Assembly: GCA_023213395.1 (NCBI GenBank)
Contig: CM041465.1
Coordinates: 59,093,741-59,157,740 of the forward strand
Reading direction: 5' to 3'
DNA: 64,000 bases
Source: Cycas panzhihuaensis
Lineage: Eukaryota > Plantae > Cycadophyta
The notes beneath the pieces are model-generated. The model saw only the letters and a list, made by a program, of their open reading frames with translations. It was not told the origin of the DNA and ran no database searches. A program made the position numbers and the translations under genes. Of this stretch, positions 51,421-64,000 are shown piece after piece. Positions within the stretch are counted from its first letter, which is position 1. Each line of letters begins with the position of its first letter.

Positions 51421-53460
51421 GCTTTAATTTAGCCTTTAGGATTCTTTTATATGCTATTGCTCAGATTTCCAACTTTTGAAGCTGGATGAATCTTTGAGGC
51501 CATATACCTATGCTCTTAGAGCCAAGGGTATTCAAGAATTATTATTGAGTTCTCCTAAAGAAAGACATTATATTAGAAATACTAGTTATCTTCAAGCCAC
51601 TATGATACTTGAGCCCGGAGTTTCATCTTCACAATAATAGTTTTTAAAGATAATAGACATTATAAGACCAATGGATGAAGAGGGTGTCCTTCTGTAGATA
51701 TAGAATAATTCTCTATTCTTACCAGGGGACTATCACCTCATTTTATACAAAGCCATAGGGGCAGTCCCAAAATTCAATGAAGACAAACCTATCACTACTA
51801 AACAACATATTGAAGAATTTTTAATTATGTATAGAATGTTCAAAATAACTCATACGAGTGTTGCTATAAGGTTATTTGTCCATTTATTGATAGGAACTGT
51901 AGTTGCTTAGTTTTATTCATTTTTTCATGCCTTAATCAAAAATTGGGAAGGGCTAATAAAAGTCTTCAAAGCAAAGTATGGTGATAAGAAGTCTCTATCC
52001 ATAATCATTGAGACTTATCTAATATTAAGAAAGGACAAAGGGAAAGCATCACTAATTATATTAATAGATTTGATATAATCTTCTAATAGATTAAGCACCT
52101 CATAAACCAATGACACTAATTTTACTTAAATAGTTTATGGTTAGACTAGATGTTGAAATAAGAAGGATGTTAATCATTAAAGAACTCATTACTTTATAAG
52201 ATGCATAGGCTATTACACTTCAATTTAAATTGGTGATAGACATGTGGGGCAAGATTGCCTTGCCTCTAACCACAGATCCTAGAAGGGAGGTCTTACATTA
52301 GATCCAACATAAGGTAATACTCAAAACCTTATTAGAAGACTAAATAATGAAGTGGCATATTAGAAACAACAAGCCAAATAGAAGGAATCATGTTGTCTAG
52401 CTATCACAATATTAAATAAGCCTAAAGAAGATCAAGTAAATATGATTTGGAATATGGAATTTGAAGCTTTAGTTATTAATGAACATAATATACATTATGA
52501 AGACTTATTTGGATATTCAAACTCTAATAGAGAACCATCAACATCTAACCCTGATGTAGTTGGAGTGACCATGACTTCTTTGGAGGATGATCTAGATGTA
52601 GAACTCTTTTAAGGTGATCTTGTAGTTTTGACTAGAGCTCAAATGAAGTTGGGAGGGTAATACCATGAAGGATAAGGAATTTATTCCTAAAATAAATGAT
52701 AGGAATCTCTAGGTTGCAAATGTTTTAGATGAAGAATAGGAGAATACTTATGATATTCTCAAAGAAATGAAAAGATATTCAATTGGATTGAGCTTATATC
52801 ATGTTATGCAATTACCTAAATAAAAAACAAACTTATTGAGAGTACTTCAAAAAGACACAATATAATCTCAATAATCAAATTAGAGATCAAGCATTCCCTA
52901 TTGTGGTTTTTCCCTCAAAATACAATGATGAATTGTTCTACGTTTCATTAGATATTCATGATGAGCATACTCTACACAATTGTATCATAGATATGAGTGC
53001 ATCTCATAACATCCTATCATACGCAATACTGAAAGCATTAGATCTTAAAGGTATGAGACCAACCTAGAGCTAACTCTTGATTTTAGACTTGTTTCTATAG
53101 TCAGAGAAATCAAAGATTTAATGGTGCTTTCGACTGCCTATCCCAACTCCCATCATGGTTATGATTGTTGATATGCCTCCTATCTATGGCATGTTATTGG
53201 GTAGAGAATGGGAATATAACACTAGTGTTATTCTTAACATCTAGATCCGAAATATCATGTTTCCACATGGGAAAGATTTGATCACCATACTTAGAGAAAC
53301 AAATGTTGAAATCACATTGAGCGCAGGGAAAATATATTAGCAAATGTGAATTTTGACCCAAGTGATAGGCACTTATATAGAGTTGCCTGGAGACAAATGT
53401 AATATCTTATTAACTATTGAAGAACAAGAATACAAAATTTACTAGAATAAAAATATAATA

Positions 53461-53825
53461 TGACAACTATGTTTTGATGGGGCCAAATCAATGAAAGGGG
53501 CTCGAGTTGGTGTTGTGTTACAATCTCTAATTTGTGACACCTTTACTTTTTTCTTTAGATTGATGTTGATGGTACAAATAATACATTAGAGCATGAACCT
53601 ATTATCATGGGATTACTTAAGGCCATAGAACTACAAATTAACCTATTGAGAATTCAAAGAGACTCTCAGTTAGTGATACATCAAATAAAAATACATGTTC
53701 CACCAAATGTCCTAGACTAAAAATGTATAGACAAAGAGCCTAAGAGTTATTGAATCATTTTGATGCTATTGCAATTAATGATATCTCATGAGAAGATAAT
53801 CAACTAATAGATTCTTTAGTAGACA
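53461..53825 (+). pseudogene. Additional archaeal-type RNase H (aRH) domain
   Basis: *QLCFDGAKSMKGARVGVVL...TNNTLEHEPIIMGL...IQRDSQLVIHQI...EDNQLIDSL matches the FDG / TNN.AEYEA / GDSQLV / N..AD.L motifs. Confidence 0.9.
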
Positions 53826-55677
53826 TAACTGGATATACTTGTAGTAAACTAGAATTTGTGGAAGTTATAACTAGAGCTTCTATGCCTAATAATACAAAAA
53901 ATTGGTAAGTATTCCAAGATGATGAGTAAATCATAACTTTTATGAAAGGCCAGTGAGACTTTGTGGATACTATCACTGTTCATAGATAAAATGATGAAAA
54001 TAAATTAGTAGAAAATTAGGAAGAACATACTTTTAATAAGGATCACATTCAATTGAAAACAAATAAAATTCCCAGGGGAATAGTTGGCCTAGAAGTATTA
54101 TTCAATTCTAATTATACAACTAAAAATGAAAAGGCTCATGAGGAACTGTCAAAGAGGACTATTCAACATAATATCCTTATTAATTTAAATACGCTTGAGG
54201 ACCCTAAGCTTATTTGCATTGGTCTAGATTGCACTAAAGAAGAAAAGTAAAAGTTCATTGGCCTTTGTATTAAATTCAAAGATGTTTTCACATGGAGTTA
54301 TGAAGTTTTAAAAAGTTTTAACCCCAACATCATGAAACATACTATTCCATTGAAGTTGGGTGTAAAAACATTTTAAACAAAAACAAAGAACTCTTAATCT
54401 TAAGATCTGAAGATAAAGAATCTGATATGGATGGAGTTATAGAAATTGAAGAACGTTGGTATTATATTTCCAATTGGGTTCTCGACATGGGTGGCATATT
54501 TAGTGCTAGTAAGGAAGAAAAATAGAGATATAAGGATTTGCATCGATTTTAGGAATTTAAATAAAGAATCCATTAAGGATAACTATTCATTACTAAGATG
54601 AAGGAAATACTATAAATATTTATTAGGTCTAAATTCATGTCATTATTAGATGATTTTTCTTGGTACAATTAAATCCATGTGGGCGAAGAAGATAGGTACA
54701 AGACAACATTTATTTGGGGCACTTTTGCCTATAAAAAAATGCCTTTCAATTTGAAGAATACAATGCTACATTCTAGGGAGTAGTGGATAAAGTATTTAAA
54801 GGGTTGGTTGGTATCATTATTGTGATTTACATAGATGATATGACTATATTTTCCAAATAGAGAGTAGATCATTTCCAGTATCTGAGGATAGTGTTGGAGA
54901 GGTGTAGATAATATGGCATGTCCCTCAATCCCAAGAAAATTGTGTTTGGAGTGATAGTTGGAAAATTATTGGGTCATATTGTATCTAAAGATGAAACCTA
55001 CATTAATTTCAACACAATTAAAGTTAGCCAAGAAATACCATTACATATGAATAAAAAGGCATTGTAGTCCTTTGAAATTATTAATTTCTTAAGAGGATTT
55101 CTACCTAATTTTACATATACAACATTACCATTCAATGCCACCTTAAAGAAAGGAGCAAATTTCAAGTGGACCAAGGAGGCCAAGCATGCCTTTAATTGAA
55201 ACAAAGTGTGTATTACAAAAGCTCTAAACCTAGTAAGCCCATATTATGAGAAGGATTTTATGATATATTTACATGTTTTAGATTGTGTGTATGCAACAAT
55301 GTTAATTTAGAGGGATGCCAAGAACCAAGAGAAGTCAATATTATTCATGAGTAGAACTCTAAAGACTACCAATTAAATCATAGTAGTGTTGAAAAGGAAG
55401 CAATTACTTTAGTTAAGGTAGTCAAAGATTTTTGGCCATACATTATTAATAATCATACCACGGCTTATGGCATGCCATCTTGTGATGATGATACTTAATC
55501 AAATTGAACTAAAATGAAGATGGCTAAATGACTAGAAAAGTTGCAAGAATGTGACTTGGAAGTCAAACTAGTGAACTTAGTGAAAGGGCACATATTATAC
55601 AAATTAATTTCAAAAGCACAAGCTAATCAAATCCTACAAGCCATTTAGGAATTAATTAAATAAGATGAGTTGCATAT

Positions 55678-56716
55678 TATTAGATTTAATATTCATATGT
55701 GGACAAATTAATAAGTGAGCCATCAAGGTTGATGACTAATGTTATAGGAGTTACTTAAGTCCTTAATGGACTTATCACAAGTGTCAGGGCAATTATGAGT
55801 CCAATTTTGGACCATTACTAAACCCATGTATATATAATAGTGTACATTGAATTGGTGAGGAATTTATTATAAAGGAATAATATTGTGAGGTAGATCAATT
55901 CTACTTATTTTTTTGCTCCCATATTTTGGTATGCTTGGTTTTCATTTCTTGGATTTTGCATTAATTTGATTCACATTATGGTATCAAAGTAGGTAGAGTT
56001 GTAGGTTGTAGATCAATTTTATAGCCAGTTACTTTGGAACCAAGTAATACTTTGTAGGTTTGTTTATTAAAAGAGACTAATAAGTAAGTGACATATTAGG
56101 GTTAAGAGCTAGACATTTGGAAGATTTGGAAAGATAAAGGAAGTAGATCAAGGAACAACTTAAATTTAGTTTGTCAAGTCAATAGATTATTGAGATGAAG
56201 ATTGAACAAAAGGAGGAAGGAATTGAAGAGGAGGAATTTAAAGATGCTCAAGAAGCAAAACTAGAGAAATAACTTTGTTCTACTCATCAATTTTTCTAGA
56301 TGGTACTTAAAGACCATTAAGTAAGCTTAGTTGCCTGAGATAAAAGGGAAAATAAAAATTAAAAATGAGGCATGATTCTTTGCTAATAGGCTAGTTTGAT
56401 AAATTTAATTGATCATATGAACATTAAAGGGGAGTGTTAGATTTAATGTTTATATGTAGACAAATTAATAGGTGAGTTATCAAGGTTGATGACAAGTGTT
56501 ATGGGAGTTACTTAAGTCCTCAATGGACTTGTCATAGGTGTCAGGGTAGTTATGAGTCCAATTTTGAACCATTATTAAACCCATGTGTATATAATAGTTT
56601 ACATTTAATTGATGAGTAATTAATTATGAAGGAATAACATTATGAGGTAGATCAATTCTACCTATTTCTGCTCCCATATTCTAGTACATTCTCATTTCTT
56701 TGATCTTTGATTCTGT
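55678..56716 (+). mobile_element. Non-autonomous miniature LTR element (TRIM-like, ~1.04 kb)
   Basis: ~300-bp LTRs at 55678-~55978 and 56435-~56716, PBS TGGTATCAAAG 55979-55989, PPT AAAGGGGAG 56426-56434, non-coding interior. Right end clipped, no TSD. Confidence 0.88.
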
Positions 56717-58001
56717 TAAAAAAAATGGATAGAAAAGGAAAGAGACAATTAAAGTCTAGATCCTACCTTATGTGATAATTAAAGAACAATTATATAGGAG
56801 CTCTTATGGTGGAATATGGTTGAAATGTCTAAACATAGAATGAGCCAAAATGATATTAGAAGAGTTTCATGAGGGGCTATATCAAGGTCACATTACATCT
56901 AAAACTATAGCTCATAAAATAATTACAGTAAAATACTTTTGGCCCACTATAGTTAAAGATTTATTCATCAAATTCAAAAGTTTTCATGCATGTCCAAAAT
57001 TTTATGGAAAAGAAAAGTTAGTTGCCATGCCATTAAAGCCTATCTTTGCTAAACAACCTTTCAAGAAATTAGGGTTAGATTTCATTGGACCCATACAACC
57101 CCTTTCTAGCAAAGGGCATAACCTTATATTGACAATGATAGATTATTTTACAAGGTGGTCTAAAGTTATTCCTTATAGAGGGGCTACAAGCATGGTTGTG
57201 GTTAACTTCCTAGAGTAGACAATAATACCCAATTTTGGCATACTAACTCAACTAATATTGAATAATAGCACAACATTCACCTCCCAATATATACTTGGTT
57301 TTTGTCATAGGCATGTCAAACACATCTTCCAAATACTATTTATAAGGCAATGGATTAGTTAAGTTCATGAATAAAAAATTCATAAGAAATTTGAAATAAA
57401 CTATCAAACAAAATCAAAAGAATTGGCACTCTAAAATATTTCAAGAATTATGTGTTGATAAAATAATGACTAAATAATTAATTAGATATTTTCTATACTA
57501 ATTGGTCTATGGAAAAGAGGTTGTGTTCCCATCCCACTTGACTCCTGGAAATTTATAGCTAAATATGTTTAAAGATGATCTTACTCCAAGAGAAAAGAGA
57601 TTCAAAATTTGTTAACATTGGAGGAAGTTATGTATAATTTAGAGTGTAAACTTAAAGAACATCAAGCCAAAATCAAACGATATTTTGATAACTTATTTGA
57701 ATCCAATAAGAAATTTAAGCTTGGTGATAAGATACTTATGTGAGATAAAGCTAGAGTCAAACCCAAGGTGTATAATAAGTTCAATTTATTATGGCTGGGA
57801 CTATTTGAAATTGTTGAGATTAGGGATAATATGCTTAGGTTATAAAGAAAAATGGAAATGTTTTGCCTATTCCTATAAAAAGTTTATATCTAAAACATAT
57901 TATCACTTAGATCATTAAGGCTCTTGAACTTGTACATAATAGTTTCATGAGTTATTCATTTTTACTTTTCTACATGTATCAACCTATAGGGGGTCAATAA
58001 A

Positions 58002-60665
58002 TGTAAGGAGGCTAGATGTCACCACTTTCTTGCCTTGAAAAAAGCGTACATGAATAAAATAATACCTTAGAATAAGAAGAATAAGCCAAGGAGAAGACTG
58101 GACTATGTTGAGTCAAAGAAACTTCTTATACAGTATACCAAGTTTTAGAAGATAATAAAATGTGAAGGACTTGCATAAAGATGATTTGGCTAATAATAAA
58201 AAGTTGTTGAACTTCTCTTTGAAGATGGTTTCTTGAAGGTGGAAAAGTATGATAAGTTGTGAGAAAATAAGTGAATGTTACCACAAGTAACACTCCTACA
58301 TAGTTGTCATTATCTCAAAAAAGGCTCATATAAAATGAGTGTCCACACATGAAGAATTAGTGTGAGACATATTTACATAGTAGGAGATTGGCATGTGATA
58401 TGGTTGATGCAAGAATAGTCTCTCATGAACATGTTGCACTCTAACAACAAATACATGGAGAAGTGAGTTTCATATAGGGAATGTTCATGCAAGATAACAC
58501 TGATGTTGGAACATTCATTGTGGGAAGAGAAAAATGGTAGTTGTGTAGGAAAAGGAAAGGAACATATCACTATCATTATCATGGGGTCTTTTCCTACAGA
58601 TAAGCTTTATTTGAGAGACACATTTTTAAAAAGTAGAGTTAACATGGGCAACGGTAGTGTAAGAATGCTTGATGTAATAAAGTAAAATAATACAATTCCT
58701 ATGACTCTTTTTACCACATGAAACCACTTTTTGTTTACCATATTCTTTCAAGAAAATAAGAATTCATGCAGGATAGTAACTTGCAGGATATAAAGGCACA
58801 TGCCAAAGACCATTGGGGCCCTACAACTTGATGCTCAAAGAGTTAAGTCTCACGTGGAAACACTCAATGCAAGAAAGGCTAATGTGGAGTCAAGTATAAT
58901 GATATAACTCCCTTGAAATGATCAATCCTAAGGAAAGGTAGAATTTGAGGAAATTCAATATGAGAAGGAGACATCATATGGGAACATGTAATGTGGGACA
59001 TGAATAATAGGGGAACAACATACCCACATGGATTGACATAATTGATAAGAGGCCACCATATCACCAACCTCATACATGAGATCTAATAATTAATAGTAAG
59101 GAGTGAAAGTGTATTATAACTAATATTTATGCCATGTTCATAATAAAACCATAATAAATAGTGATCAAAGAGCACTAACATCATTGGATCTAGATCTTGC
59201 ATAAATTTCACTGTTAGATCAAGCATCAAGATTAGCTTATAAAGAGCAATACATAATTAATGACTTAAAAAGAAGATTTCTATTGACATTTGTATATTAG
59301 TTCAAAAAAATCATAAAGAGTAATCTTCTAACCTTCCAAAAGATAAAAGTTACAAGTCAAGTTGTTCAGATTCACTAATGATAGTATAGAATTAATGGCT
59401 TATACAGTACACTGTTAGGCACATGGGGGGCCAATTATAGAGGTAGAGGATATAAATAGATAATGTAGGCTATGTGAAAAAGAGGGGAGATTGATTGACT
59501 ATGCAAAAAGAATATAGAGGAGGAAGATAGTAGAGGTAGAAGAGGCATAAAGAGGAGGAGCTAGAAGATGGATGATACATTATAGTATATGCTATATGGG
59601 ACTTTCTCTAGTTATCCTATCTTGTATTTTTATAGTTATAAATGTCACAGGTTGTCGTTACACCAAAAGCCTTAGGCTGATTTGGGAAGAGGACTTCCTT
59701 GTGATAGTTAGCGTCATGCGCTCTAACACTCCCCCATCACAAGGAGTCGGCTGTACCTACACGGCATTGTATGTCCAGCATAGTGTTCCTTGGTTCCACC
59801 CAGCAAACACCTTCACATATCTCTAGGTGCGCTATCGCGATACACAGGACTGGTTTTGAACCCTGATCACTCTGATACTACTTGTCACAGGTTGTCGTTT
59901 CACCAAAAGCCCCGAGGTGATTTGGGAAGAGGACTTCCTTATGATAGTTAGCATCATGCACTCCAATAATAAACCCCATACTCAATTCAAAGTAGTAGAC
60001 TATACCATTTTATAAACTTTTAACCTAGAGGTTTTACTCAAATAACTCTCTAAAGTATTGAAATAGGCTTAGATATTTATCTAGTATTAAACTTCTCAAT
60101 TCTTGGTAATGTTGAACATTCTTATTTAGTTTATCTAGTATTGAATCTTTGGCATTACTAAGGAATTCATGATATAAATTTGGTAATTAATCTAACTATG
60201 TTCATATCACTGGTTTATGCATTTATGGTTGATGTCTCTATGAATTAACTTAGTCTACATAGCATTTTGAGGGTTATTACCCATATTTGGTCTACTAGGT
60301 AGTAATAATAACATTTATTACCCTAATATATTTCATTGTTTCTCATCTGTTGCTATTTTAACCTCTCTCTTTTCTTTTATATATTTGATTCAAATATGTG
60401 AATGTTCCTTTATCTTTAAGAATGCTCCTAAAAGCTTTAATAATAAACTATCACACCATCTTGTACATAATGTACAATCCTTGTATATAGTGCACAAAGC
60501 CACTACTAGGTTGAATATTCAATATACTATAGTAATTCATGTTGCCCACTATTTTTTTATGAAGTCCATAGAATGCATTGCAAACTAGCCTTATTGTAAT
60601 CCATCTATGGGGAGAAAAATAGAAACAACCATCAATAAAATGGAGAATAGAAAATAAGCAACACA
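58002..60665 (+). repeat. 3' LTR of the TatII-type element (~2.3 kb plus nested TRIM)
   Basis: Starts TGTAAGG after the PPT, ends ...AACACA. Homologous to 34150-35386 plus 50048-51050. Confidence 0.85.
59643..59968 (-). mobile_element. TRIM, 326 bp, 86-bp LTRs, TSD ATAAA
   Basis: LTRs 59643-59728 and 59883-59968, PPT GGGGGAG (59729-59735), Met-PBS-like TAGTATCAGAG (59870-59880), ATAAA on both sides. Empty site at ~50397 in the host's left LTR. Confidence 0.95.
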
Positions 60666-61094
60666 AAATAAAAATTCATCTAGTGGAACCATTAGTCCAA
60701 GCTATAAAAGAATCAATGGAAAATACCATATTTATACTTTAATAGGTAATGAAGGTATCATGTAAATTAAGGGTTATAAATAAGAGGTTATCAAAGAATT
60801 CTAGCCTCAAAGAATTGATAAAGGTAGATTAAGAATGACAAGTAGTAGTTACCAAATTGGATATCACTTGGAGCCATTCAATGTACAAAAAATATCTAAA
60901 TAATTAGTTGTGATTGACACTAAAAGAGTAGAAAGTGCTTAGTTTTTGGGCATATTTCAATTGCCTCTAGTTATTATGAATATAAAAAAAGAAATACCAT
61001 GAGAAAATGATGATCCAAGACTTTAATAGTGAACTCAAGTCATATGAATGATTAGGCAATTAGAACAATACTTAGTGATTAGTAGTTGACAAAG

Positions 61095-61389
61095 AAAAAA
61101 AATGTACAGATAGTTGTGTTGTAGCACATGGATGGTATTGTTTGTGAATAATGATAAAGTTTAAAGTGAACTTAATTTAAGATACAATTGCTCGTTTGGG
61201 ATAAATTTATCATTATTTTTATTGAGAGGTTTGAAAATATTAAAAAAAATATACAGATAGTTATGTTGTAGCACTTAGATGGTATTGTTTGTGAATAATG
61301 ATAAAGTTTAGAGTGAATTTAATTTAAGATACAATTGCTAGTTTGGGATAAATTTATCATTATTTTTATTGAGAGGTTTGAAAAGATTA
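61095..61389. repeat. Tandem duplication, 147-bp period
   Basis: TACAGATAGTT starts at 61105 and 61252. The two copies differ at only a few positions. Confidence 0.93.
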
Positions 61390-61620
61390 TAAATTATGAA
61401 GTTCATAAGTTTTAATAAACCAACATAGTAGAAGGCTATATTGTGGACTTCACATGTCTTTCATATTTAGTAAAGACATCCCTAACAATAAAGTGGTCCA
61501 ACTACGTGTCAATGGATTAAGCATGGATTTTCAAGTTGATCTCAAGGTACTAAAACCAAGGACACTATGAGTTTGGTTAAGTTATATGAATTATACAAGT
61601 ATAATAGAAGGTTAGGTATC

Positions 61621-61666
61621 TGTGTGTGTGTGTGTGTGTGTGAGTGAGTGAGAGAGAGAGAGAGAG
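61621..61666. repeat. Compound microsatellite (TG)11(AGTG)2(AG)8
   Basis: Read directly from the sequence. Confidence 0.95.
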
Positions 61667-64000
61667 CACCATCAATTTATAACCAATGATCTAAGAACTC
61701 TTATAAGGAGGTAGGGTCACAAACAAAGAAGGCTCATGGGAGGATGTAGAGGCTAAATCTCAAATAATCCAAAGTAGAACAAGTTAAATAAAGTAGAAAA
61801 GGATTGTGCTATTAGTAGGAAAAATGGGGAGAAGTCCATAAGTATGCAAAAAATCACATGTATATATTTAGATGATAAGGAAGAAATAGAAGAAAAATGG
61901 GGACTAATATGTGAGAAGAAGAACCACTCAACCTTAAGGATGATTCATTTCAATTATTATTCTTCATAGTGATAGGGTTGACTCAACCAAATACCTCAAA
62001 GATAAGGGGCCATAGTAAGGAGGAGTTAGAAACCATTATAATTGATCCACAAAGAACTCATAACTTCATGGATATTTACACTATACAATAACTATAGTTA
62101 ATACCTACAAGAATTCTAAGGTTCCAAGTATGAGTGGACAAGGAAAGGTTGATAGGCCAAAGCATCATAAGAAAAATCAACTTGAATATTACAATAGTTA
62201 CATTGAGAGAAGAATTTTTTGTGATGGAAATTTAAGAAATGAATGTTATACTTGGTAGCCAATGGCTAAGGATTATTTGCATCATTTGAGTGGACCTTTG
62301 ATAATTATTAATGTGGTTCAAGAAAAATATTTATATTACAAAGTATTATTCCACCTAATACATAGATGGTATTGTTCCATCATATGGAAAAATTAATAAG
62401 GAAGAGGTATTTAAAAATCATATTCTCAATTGAATATAGTCCTATAGAGAACTAGGATCCCTGAATATCAGAAATTATAAATAAGTTCAAGGAGTTAGTA
62501 GCAATGTTATCACCAAATATTGGAATGGATTACATTATTAAGTTGGATCATTTAACCATTCTCATCATGATTAGGCTATGATACCTTGGCCATCATAATA
62601 ATAAGTTTGTGAGGCTAGTCTAATTTTTTTTAGAATTAGGAATTATAACACCTAACAAAATCCCTTTTACAGTCTAATCATCTTCATAAGAAAGAATGAT
62701 GGGTAATTTCAAATGTGCATTGACTATTTAGTTTTGAATAATGCTATTATTAAGAATAGATTCATAATTCTAAGGGTTGAGGAATTATTATATGAACTCT
62801 ATTAGTCACCATATTTCATAAAGATTGAATTTTATTTGGCCTATTATCAATTCTAGATATCAGCAAAAGACATTTCCAAATTAACATTCTACAACCATGA
62901 AGTTCATTATGAACTTAAGGTCATGCCATTTGGGTTTACTAATGCACTAGTTAACTTCCAAAGTAGGATGAACAAGGTATTAACTTATTTTTTATGAAAA
63001 ATAGCTTTGGTTTTATTTCGTGATGTTTTATAGTAAGAAGGAACATTTACATTAGGTTGATATGGTATTATCAATCTTGAAAGAGAATTACCTTTTATCT
63101 AAAAGGTCAAAATACATTTTGGTAAGGAGAAGGTGGAACATTAGCCATAATTTTTAGCAAAAGGGGTTAAGGTGAATCCTGTGAGGTGATTGTAAAATGG
63201 CCAACACCTAAAAATATCATCAAATTAGTTTTTTTTTTGGGATTTATTTGATAGTATAGAAGGTTTGCAAGGAGTTATACTTAATTAGATTCTATATTGA
63301 TTAGATTGTTAAAGAGGGATTTATTTTATTATAATTAGTAAGTAGATGACCATATTAATCACTTTAAGAAGATTATGGTAATAGTACTTATGTTGGTAGT
63401 GCTATACTTTTTGAAATAATTTATATTAGAATGCGATGCCTTACATATAGGGCTAGGGACCATTCTAATGCAACTGATGAGTATTAGAATTTTAGAATAG
63501 TCAATGCAAATTAACTTATGATAAGGAATTATTAACCATCATACATGTCCTTTATAATTAGATGTAATTCCTCCTAACTATTTGGTTTGTTGCCAGAACT
63601 AACCATAATATCCTACAATACTTTTGAAGCAATAAGGACCATATTTGGAGCAAAAGAAATGGGTTAGCAAAATCTATTATTTTGACTTTAAAATAAACTA
63701 TAAGAAGGGGAAGCTTAATGTAGTTATTGATGCATTATTTCACAAAGATTGTAATTATTTATCTTTACACTATTATAATGATCACTCCTAGTTGGATCAT
63801 TGACATCCATGCTAAATATATCAAAGAGCACTACACATAAAAACTGATATTATGCATATATTAAGGAACCTTAGAGAAGTATAGATAGAGAAATGATATT
63901 ATCTAATATAAGAGGAGGATCTTCCTCTAATCTAACTTCAAATTTTATAATTAAGTATTAAAAGAGGGATATTTTGTATCAATAGAAGGACATATCAAAT

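Larger units (their letters stand above)
34150..60665 (+). mobile_element. Tat-clade Gypsy with PR-aRH-RT-RH-INT order (TatII-type), with nested insertions
   Basis: Left LTR pieces (34150-35386 and 50048-~51050) align to the right LTR 58002-~60665. gag VPKF (~51770), PR CIIDMSASHN (~52980), aRH 53461-53825, RT YIDD (~54830), integrase ORF 56850-57218, PPT AGGGGG ~57988. Left LTR start, left LTR end and PBS are missing. Confidence 0.88.
60666..64000 (+). mobile_element. Highly decayed Ty3/gypsy gag-pol (Gypsy E), runs off the window
   Basis: PR IIDPQRTHNFM (~62040), RT HYELKVMPFGFTNAL (~62905), RH ILECDA (~63430), INYKKGKLN (~63700). Confidence 0.85.

Noticed and set aside
59643-59968. Cassandra-type TRIM with 5S rRNA in its LTR
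   Set aside because: Only a 10-nt match (GGAAGTCCTC) to 5S. No box A/C region and the LTR is too short.
61095-61389. Nucleosome-length satellite (147-bp period)
   Set aside because: Only two copies of gag-derived sequence. The length match is likely coincidence.
1-64000. Short ORFs in the track as host genes
   Set aside because: Nearly all fall within recognisable retroelement sequence, either as pol fragments or antisense/low-complexity shadows. No exon-intron chain or host protein domain was seen.

Overview
Plant nuclear DNA, most likely from a gymnosperm (inferred from a Tat element with PR-aRH-RT order and from strong methylation-type decay). About 95% is a nested pile of decayed LTR retrotransposons. 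No intact host gene, RNA gene or CRISPR array is supported, and the ORF track consists of pol fragments or antisense shadows. Left stack: Copia A (1-2509) sits in Gypsy A (2510-6005, -), which sits in Copia B (6006-~14368). Copia B also hosts a TSD-flanked composite element (7426-12017). Next is a very decayed chromovirus (~15730-26610, -) carrying a tRNA-derived SINE, a (TA)32 tract and a complete TSD-flanked Gypsy (18242-25142). Then come a truncated non-chromovirus Gypsy (26610-~31410), two orphan LTR-like pieces and a probable L1 remnant (~32253-33437). The right half is a TatII-type element (~34150-60665, +). It hosts a 14.7-kb Ogre/Tat-like element with 3.1-kb LTRs (35387-50047, -), two TRIMs and a CpG-rich ~350-bp insert. 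Another decayed Gypsy runs to the window end. I found no convincing new biological system. The best leads are the CpG-rich insert at ~51.05-51.4 kb, the Ogre-like element with a degenerate RNase H and no aRH plus an antisense ORF, the two-PPT composite element and a 326-bp TRIM. All counts were made by eye.
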